Both the position numbers and the translations under genes were made by a program. From the NCBI GenBank assembly GCA_963843375.1, contig CAWJKT010000004.1, positions 64,001-128,000 on the forward strand: a stretch of DNA of 64,000 nt. The letters run 5' to 3'. Shown here one piece after another: positions 1 to 10,302 of the stretch. Origin of the DNA: an uncultured Pseudomonadota bacterium. Its GTDB lineage: Bacteria; Oederibacteriota; Muellerivitia; Muellerivitales; Muellerivitaceae. Positions within the stretch are counted from its first letter, which is position 1, and each line of letters begins with the position of its first letter. Below the pieces are notes generated by a model, which was not told the origin of the DNA, made no database searches, and saw only the letters and a list, made by a program, of their open reading frames with translations.

Positions 1-1
1 C

Positions 2-529
2 CAGGACGCCACGGGATCGGGCAATGTGCTGTGGAGACTGGGTGAGGGTGGAGATTTCCAGCTGATGGGCGGCACGGATCCCACGGACTGGTTCTATGCT
101 CAGCACGGAATCAATTTCTTCAGTATCAACTCCAGCGGTGTTTTCGACCTGGGGGTGTTGGATGACGGGGACGATCGGCAGTATCTGGCCGGCGCATCGT
201 GTGCCGGGTCATCTCAGCCGCAATGTCTGTACTCGACGGGGGAGGTCTTGAGCATCGATGAATCGGCCATGACGGCAACTTTGGTCCATCAATATCTTGC
301 CCCCGCGAGCCTATACAGCTTTTTCGGAGGAGATGTCACAGCGCTGGCCAACAGTGATGCTGAAGTGGATTTTGCTTCGCCCGTTGCCGGCGCGCTCATT
401 CAAGAAATCCAGTTCGGCACATCCGTTCATGAAACTGCTCCGACCGTTGTCTGGCAAGCTACGACCCCAGGCGTGGACGTGTATCGCTCACAGCGTCTGC
501 CGAGCCTGTACCCGGGTGTCCAATGGTGA
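2..529 (+). CDS. Aryl-sulfate sulfotransferase (ASST)-like protein, C-terminal part (runs off left edge)
   Basis: Frame is open from position 2. Motifs WRLGEGGDF, WFYAQH, LDDGDDR, SFFGG and terminal YRSQRLPSLYPGVQW are typical of ASST-like beta-propeller proteins. Confidence 0.7.
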   Translation, partial: QDATGSGNVLWRLGEGGDFQLMGGTDPTDWFYAQHGINFFSINSSGVFDLGVLDDGDDRQYLAGASCAGSSQPQCLYSTGEVLSIDESAMTATLVHQYLAPASLYSFFGGDVTALANSDAEVDFASPVAGALIQEIQFGTSVHETAPTVVWQATTPGVDVYRSQRLPSLYPGVQW

Positions 530-872
530 GGGTGTCCATTCGTGTTCCAGCCCGCGCGTATAGACCGCGGCGTCCCTGAATTGATCGCATCAGTCCTGCG
601 CCGCGCGCCAACGTGATCCGGCGATTTTCAAGAAGCTGGAAGAATTTTGTTCGCCGCTACCGGTTGTTGGCGCACGGCTGGGCTGTGTACGACAATTCAG
701 GCGGCCGCCCGCGGTTGCTGCAGAGAAGTCCATGAAAGCGAAAGCGCGAGCTAAGACGAGTCGACCGTAGAGCTTCACCGCTGGTAATGGACGGCATTGC
801 GGCGTGCCGCGAAAGATGCGCGCAAGAATGCTCCTATGTGCGGCACAGCCCTTTTGCGTTTTGGCAGAACGG

Positions 873-2317
873 GCTGATGTCCCATTCCGTGGTGTACGAG
901 TGAGTGGCTAAGGAGCGCTGAACGAAGTGAGGGCCGGAGGCCCGAACGGAGTTCAGCGCCGGCGGCCAGCCGGCTGCCCCCCCGAAGGGGGCGGCCATCG
1001 TGATTTTCCGGTTAAGGTTGGGGTTACCACACCTTTCAACGTCGACCGAGGACACCACGATGACCACCAAGAGCAATATCGCACTCGCCGAGCTCACCGA
1101 AAAGGGTGCAGATGCGGATCTGCTGCGGGACATGATCCAGTTCGTCGCCCAGCGGATGATGGAGATGGACACGCAGAGCCTGTGCACCGCGGCGTACGGG
1201 GAACGCAGCCCGGAGCGGTCCAACAGCCGCAACGGCTACCGGGAGCGGCTGTGGGAGACACGCGCCGGATCTGTGGACCTGAAGATCCCTAAGCTGCGCA
1301 AAGGCAGCTATTTCCCCGGCTTTCTGGAGCCCCGCCGGACGGCTGAGAAGGCTCTGACCGCCGTCGTGCAGGAAGCCTACATCCAAGGCGTATCGACCCG
1401 CTCGGTGGACGAGCTGGTGAAGGCGATGGGCATGAGCGGGATCTCCAAGAGCCAGGTCTCGCGCCTGTGCGAGGAGATCGACGAGCGGGTGCATGCTTTC
1501 CTGGGCCGCCCGATCGAGGGGGACTGGCCGTACCTGTGGATCGATGCCACCTACATCAAGGTACGGGAGGCTGGGAGGATCGTCTCGGTGGCCGTAATAA
1601 TCGCCGTTGCCGTGAACACCGATGGGGTCCGCGAGGTGCTGGGCATGGCCATCGGTCCCTCGGAGGCGGAGCCGTTCTGGACCGCGTTCCTGCGCTCCCT
1701 CACGCGCCGGGGACTGCGCGGGGTGAAGCTGGTGATATCGGATGCCCACGAGGGCCTCAAAGCTGCCGCCGCCAAGGTGCTTAAGGCCACTTGGCAGCGC
1801 TGCAAGGTTCACTTCCTGCGAAACGCCCTGGCGCATGCCGGCAAGGGCCAGCGGCAGATGGTGCTGGCGATGATCAACACCGTCTTTGCCCAAGAAACCC
1901 ATGAGGCGGCAATCACCCAATGGCGTACCGTGGCCGATCAGCTGCGCGCGAAGTTCCCGAAACTCGCCAAGCTGATGGATGGCGCGGAGTCCGATGTCCT
2001 CGCCTATATGGGCTTCCCGAAGGCGCACACCAAGCAGATCCACTCGACCAATCCGCTGGAGAGGCTCAACGCCGAGATAAAACGGCGTACAGATGTCGTG
2101 GGCATCTTCCCCAACGAGGCCGCCATCACACGGCTCGTCGGCGCCTTGCTCCTGGAGCAGAGCGACGAGTGGGCGCTGCAGCGTCGCTACATGCAACTTG
2201 AAGGCTTGCAAACCTTGACCGACAATCAATCCGCTCGGCTGTCCGCAGTGGTCAGCTGAGCACGAGTCCAACCTGACCAGGAATCACGACTCGTACACCA
2301 CGTCCAGGGACACGATC
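873..2317 (+). mobile_element. IS256-family insertion sequence, complete
   Basis: Imperfect ~29-bp terminal inverted repeats: left GCTGATGTCCCATTCCGTGGTGTACGAGT, right (reverse complement) GATCGTGTCCCTGGACGTGGTGTACGAGT. Flanked by an 8-bp direct repeat CAGAACGG at 865-872 and 2318-2325. Confidence 0.95.
1060..2259 (+). CDS. IS256-family (Mutator-like DDE) transposase
   Basis: Motifs [59 protein letters not shown] at 1060 follows a GAGG RBS. Confidence 0.97.
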   Translation: MTTKSNIALAELTEKGADADLLRDMIQFVAQRMMEMDTQSLCTAAYGERSPERSNSRNGYRERLWETRAGSVDLKIPKLRKGSYFPGFLEPRRTAEKALTAVVQEAYIQGVSTRSVDELVKAMGMSGISKSQVSRLCEEIDERVHAFLGRPIEGDWPYLWIDATYIKVREAGRIVSVAVIIAVAVNTDGVREVLGMAIGPSEAEPFWTAFLRSLTRRGLRGVKLVISDAHEGLKAAAAKVLKATWQRCKVHFLRNALAHAGKGQRQMVLAMINTVFAQETHEAAITQWRTVADQLRAKFPKLAKLMDGAESDVLAYMGFPKAHTKQIHSTNPLERLNAEIKRRTDVVGIFPNEAAITRLVGALLLEQSDEWALQRRYMQLEGLQTLTDNQSARLSAVVS

Positions 2318-2378
2318 CAGAACGGTAAAGTGGCCGCCAAGAAACCACGAGGACGACCCCCATCTTTCACAGATAGAT

Positions 2379-2399
2379 CGCTGGGACAATCTGGGACAG
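2379..2399 (+). repeat. 21-bp sequence CGCTGGGACAATCTGGGACAG, copy 1 (copy 2 at 4905-4925)
   Basis: Exact match between two non-coding positions; contains an internal CTGGGACA tandem. Confidence 0.85.
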
Positions 2400-3138
2400 C
2401 CAGCCACACAACCCCAGGCGGCGCGAATCCATCACGGCAGCCGCAAAGGAAGATCACCGTGATTCGGACGCCAGTACCGGCATGGATCCGTAGCGAGTTG
2501 CGCCGAAACTTCGCGCGGGTTTCACTCGCTGGTCGCTGGGCTGCCAGCCAAGAACCCAGAGCGGGCAGCGCACGCTACCAGTCTCGAATACGCGCCCTTG
2601 AGGTCGGGCTCACGAGCGCAGTGACGCTGAAAATTCCAATCCAGCTCATTGCGGAACTCAAGCATGCTAGCCCCCGCGAAATCCGGGCCGTTGAGGTCCT
2701 TGGCCGCGCAGGCGGACTTCACCGGGAACGTTTGAATGTCGATTTGAGCGTCCCAGGGCTCGTTGCCAGTGTTCTGCAACTCGGACAGTTGACCGGCCAC
2801 GACTAGGGACCAATCGCTCAAGCGCTAAAAACACGACAATGAGCCGCGGTTGATCACCGCCGCCATCCCCGCCGGCCACGTTTCGCCGAACCAGCCAGGG
2901 CAATCTCGCGGCCAAAATACTACCGAGTTTTTCAACGAAATAGGTCAGGACCGCCATCTCAGGGGAGATCTTCCCGACTGGCGGCTTTCGGGAGCCGGAT
3001 CCGGCGCTTCCGGCCACTACCGGTCAGTGCCGGCCGGCGACTCTCCGTCATAGAGCGGTTATTCCCAATGAGGTCGCGGCATTCGCTATCATTTCATGTT
3101 GTTGTATCCGCCTGAGGAACTCCGCGCCGGAGGCGCAA

Positions 3139-4775
3139 GTGCACGGGAAACATCTCATCGCAGCTGTCCTATTGATGTTGACTGCGGCGCGTGGCGTGAC
3201 GCAAGAGCATGAGCATGGGAATGGCGAGAAGCTGGGGGAGGTTCATTTCGCCACATCGTGCATCGAACCGGCGCAGAACGATTTTAATCGCGCCGTAGGC
3301 CTGCTCCATTCTTTCCAGTTCAGCCGTGCCATCGACGGATTCAACGCCGTTCTCCGAAAAGATCCTACGTGCGCAATTGCGTACTGGGGAATCGCTCTAA
3401 GCGATTGGAGCAATCCATTCGCACCGGGACAAAAAGACAAGGGTCAGTTGCAACTCGGGCGGCAGAGCGCCGAACGAGGCAAGGAGTTGGGCGCAAAGAC
3501 AGACCGCGAACGCGCCTATCTCGCGGCAGTCGGCAAGCTGTACGGCAACTTTGAAAGCACACCGCAGCAAGCGCGCCTGCTCGCCTATCGCGATGCCATG
3601 GGAGACCTTGCCGGCAAAATATCCGCAAGACCCCGAAGCGCAGATTTTCTACGCATTGGCGCTCGCGGTCGCGGAGGATCCCGGCGACAAGACCTACGCA
3701 GACCGCCTCAAGGCGGGAGCAATTCTTGAGAAATTGTTTGCACAGCAGCCAACGCATCCCGGACTCGCGCATTACTTGATCCATGCCTACGACGTGCCGG
3801 CCTTGGCGGGGCGTGCGCTGGTTGCGGCGCAGCGCTACGCGGAAATTGCACCCGATGCGCCTCACGCGCTGCACATGCCCTCGCACACATTTACCCGCCT
3901 GGGTTACTGGCAGGAGTCGATTGACAGCAACGTGGCGGCGGCGGCGGCCGCGCGGCGCCAGGGACAAACGGCCGAAGAGCTGCATGCCAGCGACTACGAG
4001 ACTTATGCCTACTTGCAAACAGGGCAGGACGAGGCGGCAGCCCGGATTGTAAGTGGCCTGCCGGAAATGGCAGCACGCTTCGATCCAAAGGCGTTGCTGA
4101 TCGGCGCCGGCCCACCCTCGGCCGGCTATTTTGCGCTCGCGGCAATCCCGGCACGATACGCCTTGGAGCGCCAGCGACTGGCAGCAGGCTGAGCGGCTGG
4201 CGCTAGTCGCGAGACGCCGTTTCCGTACGCCGATGCGATCACATGGTTCGCCCGAGGATTGGGCGCGGCGCGATTGGGACACGCTGCGGCGGCAAACAAA
4301 GCAGCGGCAGCGCTGAAGCAGATCCAGGAGCGCCTTTCGAAGGCCAACGAGCGTTACTGGGCGCAGCAGGTGGAAATTCAGGCCACTGCGGTCTCGGCAT
4401 GGACTGCGCTGACGGCGGGCAAGAACGAGGAAGCCGTGCGGCAGATGGAACTGGCAGCGGCATATGGAAGATGGGACGGAAAAAAGTGTGTTGACACCGG
4501 GTCCACTGTCCCCAGCGCGGGAACTGCTCGGCGAGATGTTGTTGGAGATGAATGAACCTGCTGAGGCATTGGTGCAATTTGAAGCAACGCTTAAGAAGGA
4601 GCCACGGCGCTTCCGATCATTATATGGAGCGGCGCACGCTGCGCAGCTCAGCGGGAGCAGAGATCTGAGTCAAAGATATTTTGGCGAACTGCTGACGGTT
4701 TGTGCGCACTCCGACAAGCCTGGAAGACCCGAGATCAAGGAAGCGCGTGAGGCGTTGGCGAAACAGAAGAGCTGA
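3139..4775 (+). CDS. Secreted TPR-like hypothetical protein, split by several frameshifts
   Basis: Signal peptide and LGEVHFATSC...LLHSF (3139 frame) continue as HPGLAHYLIHAYD, APHALHMPSHTF (3551 frame), then the 4259 and 4464 frames (TPGPLSPARELLGEMLL, EPRRFRSLYGAA). Confidence 0.75.
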
Positions 4776-4904
4776 CTCGACTGCTCGAAAGCGGCCGTTC
4801 CCGACCGTCAGCAACGAGTCACGACCGCCATCTCGGCGGAGCTTTCTCCGACTGACGGGTTTCCGGAGGTGAATCCGGCTCTTCCGACCAGAGGCAGTCT
4901 GTAC

Positions 4905-4925
4905 CGCTGGGACAATCTGGGACAG
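4905..4925 (+). repeat. 21-bp sequence CGCTGGGACAATCTGGGACAG, copy 2
   Basis: Identical to 2379-2399; immediately upstream of the att-like repeat. Confidence 0.85.
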
Positions 4926-4933
4926 TGCGGCCA

Positions 4934-5077
4934 TGACGCCGAATGACAGCGAATTACATCGCGTGACGCTAAGTGACTGTTGCCCTTGGCCCTGCCCTCG
5001 CATATCGTTGATCTGTAAGGCGCTGACCACCGTTTCATACGGCAGGGCTCACAGGTTCAAGCCGTGTACGCCCACCA
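4934..5077 (+). repeat. att-like direct repeat copy 1, ending in a degenerate 3' half of tRNA-Val(CAC) (5034-5077)
   Basis: Aligns with 26404-26548. Ends TTCATACGGCAGGGCTCACAGGTTCAAGCCGTGTACGCCCACCA (anticodon-arm remnant, T-arm GGTTCAA, CCA). Confidence 0.8.
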
Positions 5078-5275
5078 TCGAATCCAAGACTTACGACAAA
5101 TCAGCTCCGGAAGTACGGCAAAAGTACGGCATGTTCGGTCCCAGACTGCCTTGGACAAGCATGGACGGGCCTCGACACGAGGTGGTTCGGCGTTATCGCA
5201 CGCTCAAGGCCTGGTCGGAAAAGAATCCGGACCTTGCCGGTCGCTGACGGACGGAAGCTAGCCCCGATTGCGGAT

Positions 5276-5968
5276 TCACGGCGTGTAGTAGGACATCGCG
5301 TAGCCGCGTTCCTGCGCGCGGTTCACGGTGACGATTCCGGCCGCCACCATGCGGCCGTTCGGAACCAGATGCGACTCGAATTCCTGGCGGACCCCCTCCG
5401 CGTCGTCCTTAGTCTGCGCGGCCACCATCGCAGCGATTCGCTGCGTCGCCGCCCCGCACACCGCGAAGTGCACGCCCTGGCCGGCCAGATCGGTCAGCGT
5501 GGCGTCGGCATTCGCGAGGCCGGGCCCGTAACCCTTCACGTCGTAAAGATTTCGAGTCGGGGCTTCCTGCGTCTTCGGGTCCGTGAACTTTGACATGTTC
5601 GACAGGATCTTGCCGTACTTCGACCAGATCGCGTCGTCGTATCCGAAAACCGTCGCCATGTGGCGCAGGATGATGATGATTGCGAGCTGCGATGATTCGA
5701 TTCCATAGGCGCTCTTGTTGACGCCGATGTAGTTCCGCGCAAAGAACAGCGCGTGCGCAGTACCGTCCGCGGACGTCGCATCGAACACCAGGCGGTGGCG
5801 ACTCGGCAGCTCCATCCAGTCGTCGTCCTTTTCGAACACCGGCTGCCAGCGCGCAGGCTTCGCGGACGCCTGTGTTGGCAGAACAGCCGCGCCGAGCACG
5901 ACGGCCCCGGTGCTAAGGGCAGCGACCACCCTGCGACGCCCGATCGCGCGCCGATCCACTTCCGTCAT
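5276..5968 (-). CDS. Tat-exported DsrE-like sulfur-related protein
   Basis: ATG 5968 after a GGAGG RBS; twin-Arg leader GRRRVVAAL...ASA; HRLVFDA, GVHFAVC and C-terminal VAAGIVTVNRAQERGY resemble the DsrE fold. Confidence 0.65.
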   Translation of the reverse strand: MTEVDRRAIGRRRVVAALSTGAVVLGAAVLPTQASAKPARWQPVFEKDDDWMELPSRHRLVFDATSADGTAHALFFARNYIGVNKSAYGIESSQLAIIIILRHMATVFGYDDAIWSKYGKILSNMSKFTDPKTQEAPTRNLYDVKGYGPGLANADATLTDLAGQGVHFAVCGAATQRIAAMVAAQTKDDAEGVRQEFESHLVPNGRMVAAGIVTVNRAQERGYAMSYYTP

Positions 5969-6023
5969 ATTCCTTCCTCCGTGCGGGGTGTTATGCGCAG
6001 TGTGTGCGAGCGGCGCGCGGAGA

Positions 6024-6464
6024 TCAATGCGCGGCACCGGGGCTCGCCGGGGACCGGACGCTCGCGAGGAGCCCCTGTACATACGCCCCGGCGAACATCC
6101 CCAGAATCGCGATCAGCAACGGCCAATTACCGACGCCCAGGCCCGCGATCGCCGGTCCCGGGCAGACGCCGCTCAGACCCCAGCCCACGCCGAACAGCGC
6201 CGCGCCACCCATCGTGCGTCTGGTCATCTCGGACGGATGCGTGCCGAATGCGCCGCCGAGCACGGGCCCCGCCAGGATTCGCGGCAGCACCCGATACGCG
6301 ATGGCGGTCACGACCACGGCGCCGCCGAGAACGAGGAGCAGGCCGAAGTCCTGAAACCGCAGGAACGAAAGCACGACCTCGGGCTTCACCATCGCCGAAT
6401 ACGCCAACCCGAAGCCGAACAGCACGCCGGTGAACAGCGCGACAATCACCGTGGAGGCCTTCAT
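6024..6464 (-). CDS. YeeE/YedE-family sulfur-transport membrane protein (second half-type)
   Basis: FGFGLAYSAM, GAALFGVGWGLSGVCPGP motif; TGATG overlap with the upstream partner. Confidence 0.9.
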   Translation of the reverse strand: MKASTVIVALFTGVLFGFGLAYSAMVKPEVVLSFLRFQDFGLLLVLGGAVVVTAIAYRVLPRILAGPVLGGAFGTHPSEMTRRTMGGAALFGVGWGLSGVCPGPAIAGLGVGNWPLLIAILGMFAGAYVQGLLASVRSPASPGAAH

Positions 6465-6937
6465 CACGCACCCCCGAAAGCGGCGACGAGCTGCGCCGTG
6501 ACGATCGCGGTCACGAGGAAGATCACGACCGCGAGAATCGACGGCATCTGGAACGAGCCGACACCGCAGATGCCGTGCCCCGACGTGCAGCCGTTGCTCA
6601 TCCGTGCACCGAAGCCCGCGATGAACCCGCCAACTGCCAGTCGCCACCAGGGTACCTGCGTCTGGAACGTCGTGCCATGGGCGGCCGTAAGCAGGAACAG
6701 TGCACCGCCGAGCACGAGGCCGATGGAGAGCGCGAGCCGCCAGCCGCGGCTCGACACGAATCGATCCTGCCGGAAGAATGCAAGCCGTGATACGAACGAC
6801 CAGGTCGAACTGAAAACCGTACTCATGCCGGGCACGAGCCCGGACATCGCGAACGCGAAGCTCACGGCCACACCCATCAGAAGCCCACCGACGAGGTAGG
6901 TCTCGATACCGTTCGGGAAGAACTGCTGCATGGTCAT
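6464..6937 (-). CDS. YeeE/YedE-family sulfur-transport membrane protein
   Basis: GGLLMG, GFGARMSNGCTSGHGICG motif. Confidence 0.92.
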   Translation of the reverse strand: MTMQQFFPNGIETYLVGGLLMGVAVSFAFAMSGLVPGMSTVFSSTWSFVSRLAFFRQDRFVSSRGWRLALSIGLVLGGALFLLTAAHGTTFQTQVPWWRLAVGGFIAGFGARMSNGCTSGHGICGVGSFQMPSILAVVIFLVTAIVTAQLVAAFGGA

Positions 6938-7222
6938 TTACCCCGTGAGCGGAGTCGTCGCTCGCCGTCTTCAGTGGACTGTAACATCTAACCCGGGAGT
7001 ATGATTGTGCGCATGAGCAGCACGATCAAACTGTCTGAGGTGGAGCGCGCGGAGCTATTAATTCAGTCATTTGCGTGGGCCGTGATGGGGCGATTGATGC
7101 CGACCTGCGGCAGCATGTGAGCCCTCAGTGTGTCACTGGACGGGCTACGGCTATGCAAACCCTGGGTCGGCTTGCATACACTGCGAAGTTCAGAACCTCT
7201 ATTCCGCACAGGAGCGATACGA

Positions 7223-8086
7223 ATGGTGCAGCGACCGACGACCGACAGCCTTCCGGCCGAGGAGTGGGCCGGTGAAATGGGCGAACGATGGCTAGCGCAC
7301 CTGCAACAGTTCGAGGGCATGATCGCTCCGATCGGGCGGGCACTGATCACCCGTGCCGGTTTTCGCCACGGCGAGCGGGTCGTCGACCTGGGATGCGGAG
7401 CCGGTGGCACGAGCCTCGATATTGCGCGTGAGATCGGCGCGCAGGGCGAGGTTCTGGGCATCGATATCTCATTGCGGCTGGTTGCAGCCGCGCAACAGCG
7501 GGCGCGGGCTGCACACGCTGGGAATGTGAGGTTCCAATGTGCCGATGCTGCGACCGTGCGGCTGGGGCCGCCCCTATTTGATCGACTGTTCTCGCGCTTC
7601 GGTCTGATGTTCTTTCCGGATCCAGCTACAGCCTTCAGGAATCTGCGCACGCTGGTTCGCCAAGGCGGACGCATGGATTTTTGCGTGTGGGCACCCGCGC
7701 GGGAGAATGGTTGGGTCGCGCAGATGATGGAGATCGTCGGGCGCTGTGTGCAGCTTCCAGCACCCGTCCCTCGGGCGCCCGGCCCGTTTGCGCTCGATGA
7801 TCCGACCTACGTCCGCGAGCTGCTGGAGCATGCCGGATTTGCGGCGATGACATTTGATACGTGGACGGGGGACCAGTTGGTCGCCGGTGCGGGCGCAAGC
7901 CCTCGAGAGGCAACGGATTTCGTGTTCAACGCAATGTCCTTTGGAAGGCTGCTCGAGGCATCGTCGCCGACGGTTCGGGAAGGTGTGCAAACCGAGCTAA
8001 CAGAGCTGTTCGAAAGGCGGCACGGAGTTGACGGCGTACGGATGCCGGGTAAGGCCTACCTGGTGAGCGCGATGGCAGGAGGATGA
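7223..8086 (+). CDS. Class I SAM-dependent methyltransferase
   Basis: VVDLGCGAG, GIDIS, SRFGLMFFPDP, PGPFAL; AGGAG RBS before ATG 7223. Confidence 0.9.
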   Translation: MVQRPTTDSLPAEEWAGEMGERWLAHLQQFEGMIAPIGRALITRAGFRHGERVVDLGCGAGGTSLDIAREIGAQGEVLGIDISLRLVAAAQQRARAAHAGNVRFQCADAATVRLGPPLFDRLFSRFGLMFFPDPATAFRNLRTLVRQGGRMDFCVWAPARENGWVAQMMEIVGRCVQLPAPVPRAPGPFALDDPTYVRELLEHAGFAAMTFDTWTGDQLVAGAGASPREATDFVFNAMSFGRLLEASSPTVREGVQTELTELFERRHGVDGVRMPGKAYLVSAMAGG

Positions 8087-8123
8087 TCCGCATCGCCGGT
8101 GCGGGTCCAGTCCACTGACCCCG

Positions 8124-8594
8124 ATGCTCGGACCGCAGCAAGCACCGCGCGTGCTGGCCGTGTATTTCGAGTATCACTGTCCGTACTGCCGCGCGACAGA
8201 CAAACTGCTACGGCCGCTCGCCGAGCGCAACGCTGACCTGCAGATCCTGTACCGGGAATATCCGATACTCCGCGAGGATTCGCAGCTCGCGGCGCGCATT
8301 GCACTTTCTGCGCAGATACACGGGCGCTTCTTCGAGACACACGATCGGCTCACGCATCTCTCCGGAGAGTTCACGGGAGCCGTGGCGACACAAATCGCAC
8401 GGTCGCTTGGCATTGAGGCATCGACTTCTTGACATGACATGGGAAACGAGCGAGTCAGTGCCGAACTGCGCAAGAATCTCGCGGACGGGGCCGCTTTGGG
8501 ACTTGATGCCACGCCGGCGTATGTTACGGCGCAGGGCGTGCATCAGGGCGAGATCGGCATGAAGCGGCTTCAATCGATGGTGGACGCCGCCTGA
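8124..8594 (+). pseudogene. DsbA-family thioredoxin-fold protein, N-terminally truncated and frameshifted near 8425
   Basis: FEYHCPYC and YREYPIL; another frame continues ...ALGLDATPAYV...MVDAA* (TGA 8592-8594). Confidence 0.7.
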
Positions 8595-8783
8595 GGATCA
8601 AACGCGATAGGCAAGTCCCCCCGCTTCGGCTACTCGGCGAGCGAGAGCTCGTGAGTCATTCGTCTCTCGAGCGGGCCATATCAAGGAAATTACCGCATCG
8701 CCCGTTGCCAGTGTGTCGACTCAATTCGACGCTCGCTGGCGGACGCAACGCCGTCGGCGCTGTTTTCGTGCGACACCTCATGC

Positions 8784-9566
8784 TCAATGCGGAATTCCGG
8801 TCCGCAATAGCATGTAGAGGGCAACACTGACTATGAGGGTGGCAAAGACGTACGTAAGCATTCGCCGCTGGCGTGCCAGCCGGAGCGCACAACGCAGCCC
8901 GAGCATGCCACCCAGCACACCTCCGAGGATGAACGGCAGGGCGATGCGCCACTCGATCAAGCCTGACAGCGCGTAATTGATACCTGCCGTCAGACCAAAG
9001 GCGCCGACAGAAAGCAATGAGGAGCCGATGGCGTTGAGAATCGGCATGCCGCTGCCGAACATCAGTCCCGGCACAATGAGAAATCCACCGCCGATGCCGA
9101 AGAACCCGGATAACAGACCCACCAGGAGGCCGATACCGCTGAGCCGTGCCGCGACCCGCGCGGTCAGCCTGACCTGCGGATCACCGGTCCCGGTGCGCGG
9201 CCAGAGCATGGCGGCGGCGACGCCGACCATGACCCAGGCGAACAGGAACAGCAGACTTTGGCCGTTGAGGAGCTTGCCGAGCGAGGATCCGACCGCCGCG
9301 CCGACGATGCCGGCGGTGGCAAAGACGCTGGCGCAGGGCCATTTGACGGTGCCGGCACGCCAATGGCCGGTAAGATTTGCGAGGGCATTGGTGCCAACCG
9401 CAAGCGCGCTGGTACCGATGGCAACGTGCGGATCGCGCACTCCGACCACGTACAACAGCAGCGGTACCGCAAGAATCGAACCGCCCCCACCGACCAGGCC
9501 AAGGGAGAATCCCACGCAACCGCCGCACAGGCTGGCCAGTGCGGCCTGTATCCCAAAGGTCGTCAC
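8784..9566 (-). CDS. TauE/SafE (TSUP) sulfite exporter family protein
   Basis: GLVGGGGSILAVPLL, AIGTSA, SGFFGIGGGFLIVPGL, AIGSSL; likely GTG start at 9566. Confidence 0.92.
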   Translation of the reverse strand: MTTFGIQAALASLCGGCVGFSLGLVGGGGSILAVPLLLYVVGVRDPHVAIGTSALAVGTNALANLTGHWRAGTVKWPCASVFATAGIVGAAVGSSLGKLLNGQSLLFLFAWVMVGVAAAMLWPRTGTGDPQVRLTARVAARLSGIGLLVGLLSGFFGIGGGFLIVPGLMFGSGMPILNAIGSSLLSVGAFGLTAGINYALSGLIEWRIALPFILGGVLGGMLGLRCALRLARQRRMLTYVFATLIVSVALYMLLRTGIPH

Positions 9567-9734
9567 GCTAGCCGCATCGAACGCGGTCCCACCGACCGTT
9601 ACGACCGGCAGCCGGCGCCCGACCAGGGAAGACTTCGGTCGGCGTATCCACGGCTGCAGCTCCTTCCTATACCGTTGGCGCGCCTCGTGCGCCGAGAGGC
9701 ATACTAACCGAATGACTCGCAAGGAGAACTGATC

Positions 9735-10280
9735 ATGCGCCATCTTGCATCCCTGCTCGCTGCAACGGTATTTCTGGCCTCCGCCGCCGCAGCGGCCGAA
9801 GCGGACTTCTGGACGACGCCGGCGATCCCTGGCTACGGTAAGATTCATGCACTGCCGGACGCGGCTTACAGGCCCGACCCGCACAGCAGCTACCGGATCG
9901 TCTTCTCAGTGACTGCCGCGGGCAAGAGCCCCTCCGATGTCAATCCGGGACTGGACCATGTGGCGCGTGCGGTCAATCTGTACGTGGCCTCTGGGGTGCC
10001 GCTGTCGCACCTGAAGTTCGTTGCAGTGGCATCCGGTGCGGCTACCGCCCTGGCGCTGGACGATGAGCACTATCGTGCGCAGTTCGCCACGACAAATCCC
10101 AACCTGCCCCTGATCGCCGAGCTGCGCAAGGCCGGCGTTGATATCGCCGTCTGCGGCCAGGCCGTTGCCGAGCATCAGTACGACTATGCGTGGTTGGACA
10201 AGTCGGTGACACTGAGTCTGTCGGCGCTGACGACGATCACGACGCTGGAACACGCCGGCTATGCGCTGGTGACTTTTTGA
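9735..10280 (+). CDS. Periplasmic DsrE-family protein
   Basis: Sec signal; RIVFSV, NPGLDHVARAVNLY, NPNLPLIAELRKAGVDIAVCGQA, SALTT; AGGAG RBS. Confidence 0.85.
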   Translation: MRHLASLLAATVFLASAAAAAEADFWTTPAIPGYGKIHALPDAAYRPDPHSSYRIVFSVTAAGKSPSDVNPGLDHVARAVNLYVASGVPLSHLKFVAVASGAATALALDDEHYRAQFATTNPNLPLIAELRKAGVDIAVCGQAVAEHQYDYAWLDKSVTLSLSALTTITTLEHAGYALVTF

Positions 10281-10302
10281 TCCGCCGCGCGGTTTGAAGC
10301 AC

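Noticed and set aside
1036..2271. 411-aa antisense ORF over the transposase, and other long antisense ORFs (e.g. 20031-21029, 39058-40212, 31675-32841)
   Set aside because: Shadow frames of high-GC coding genes, with no recognisable motifs.
2522..3053. Short ORFs between the IS and the TPR gene
   Set aside because: No recognisable motifs or RBS; possibly decayed fragments, but not supportable.
4933..5247. ORFs 4933-5247 and 26436-26720 as a duplicated small protein
   Set aside because: Their similarity comes from the att-like DNA repeat and tRNA fragment, not from a coding family.
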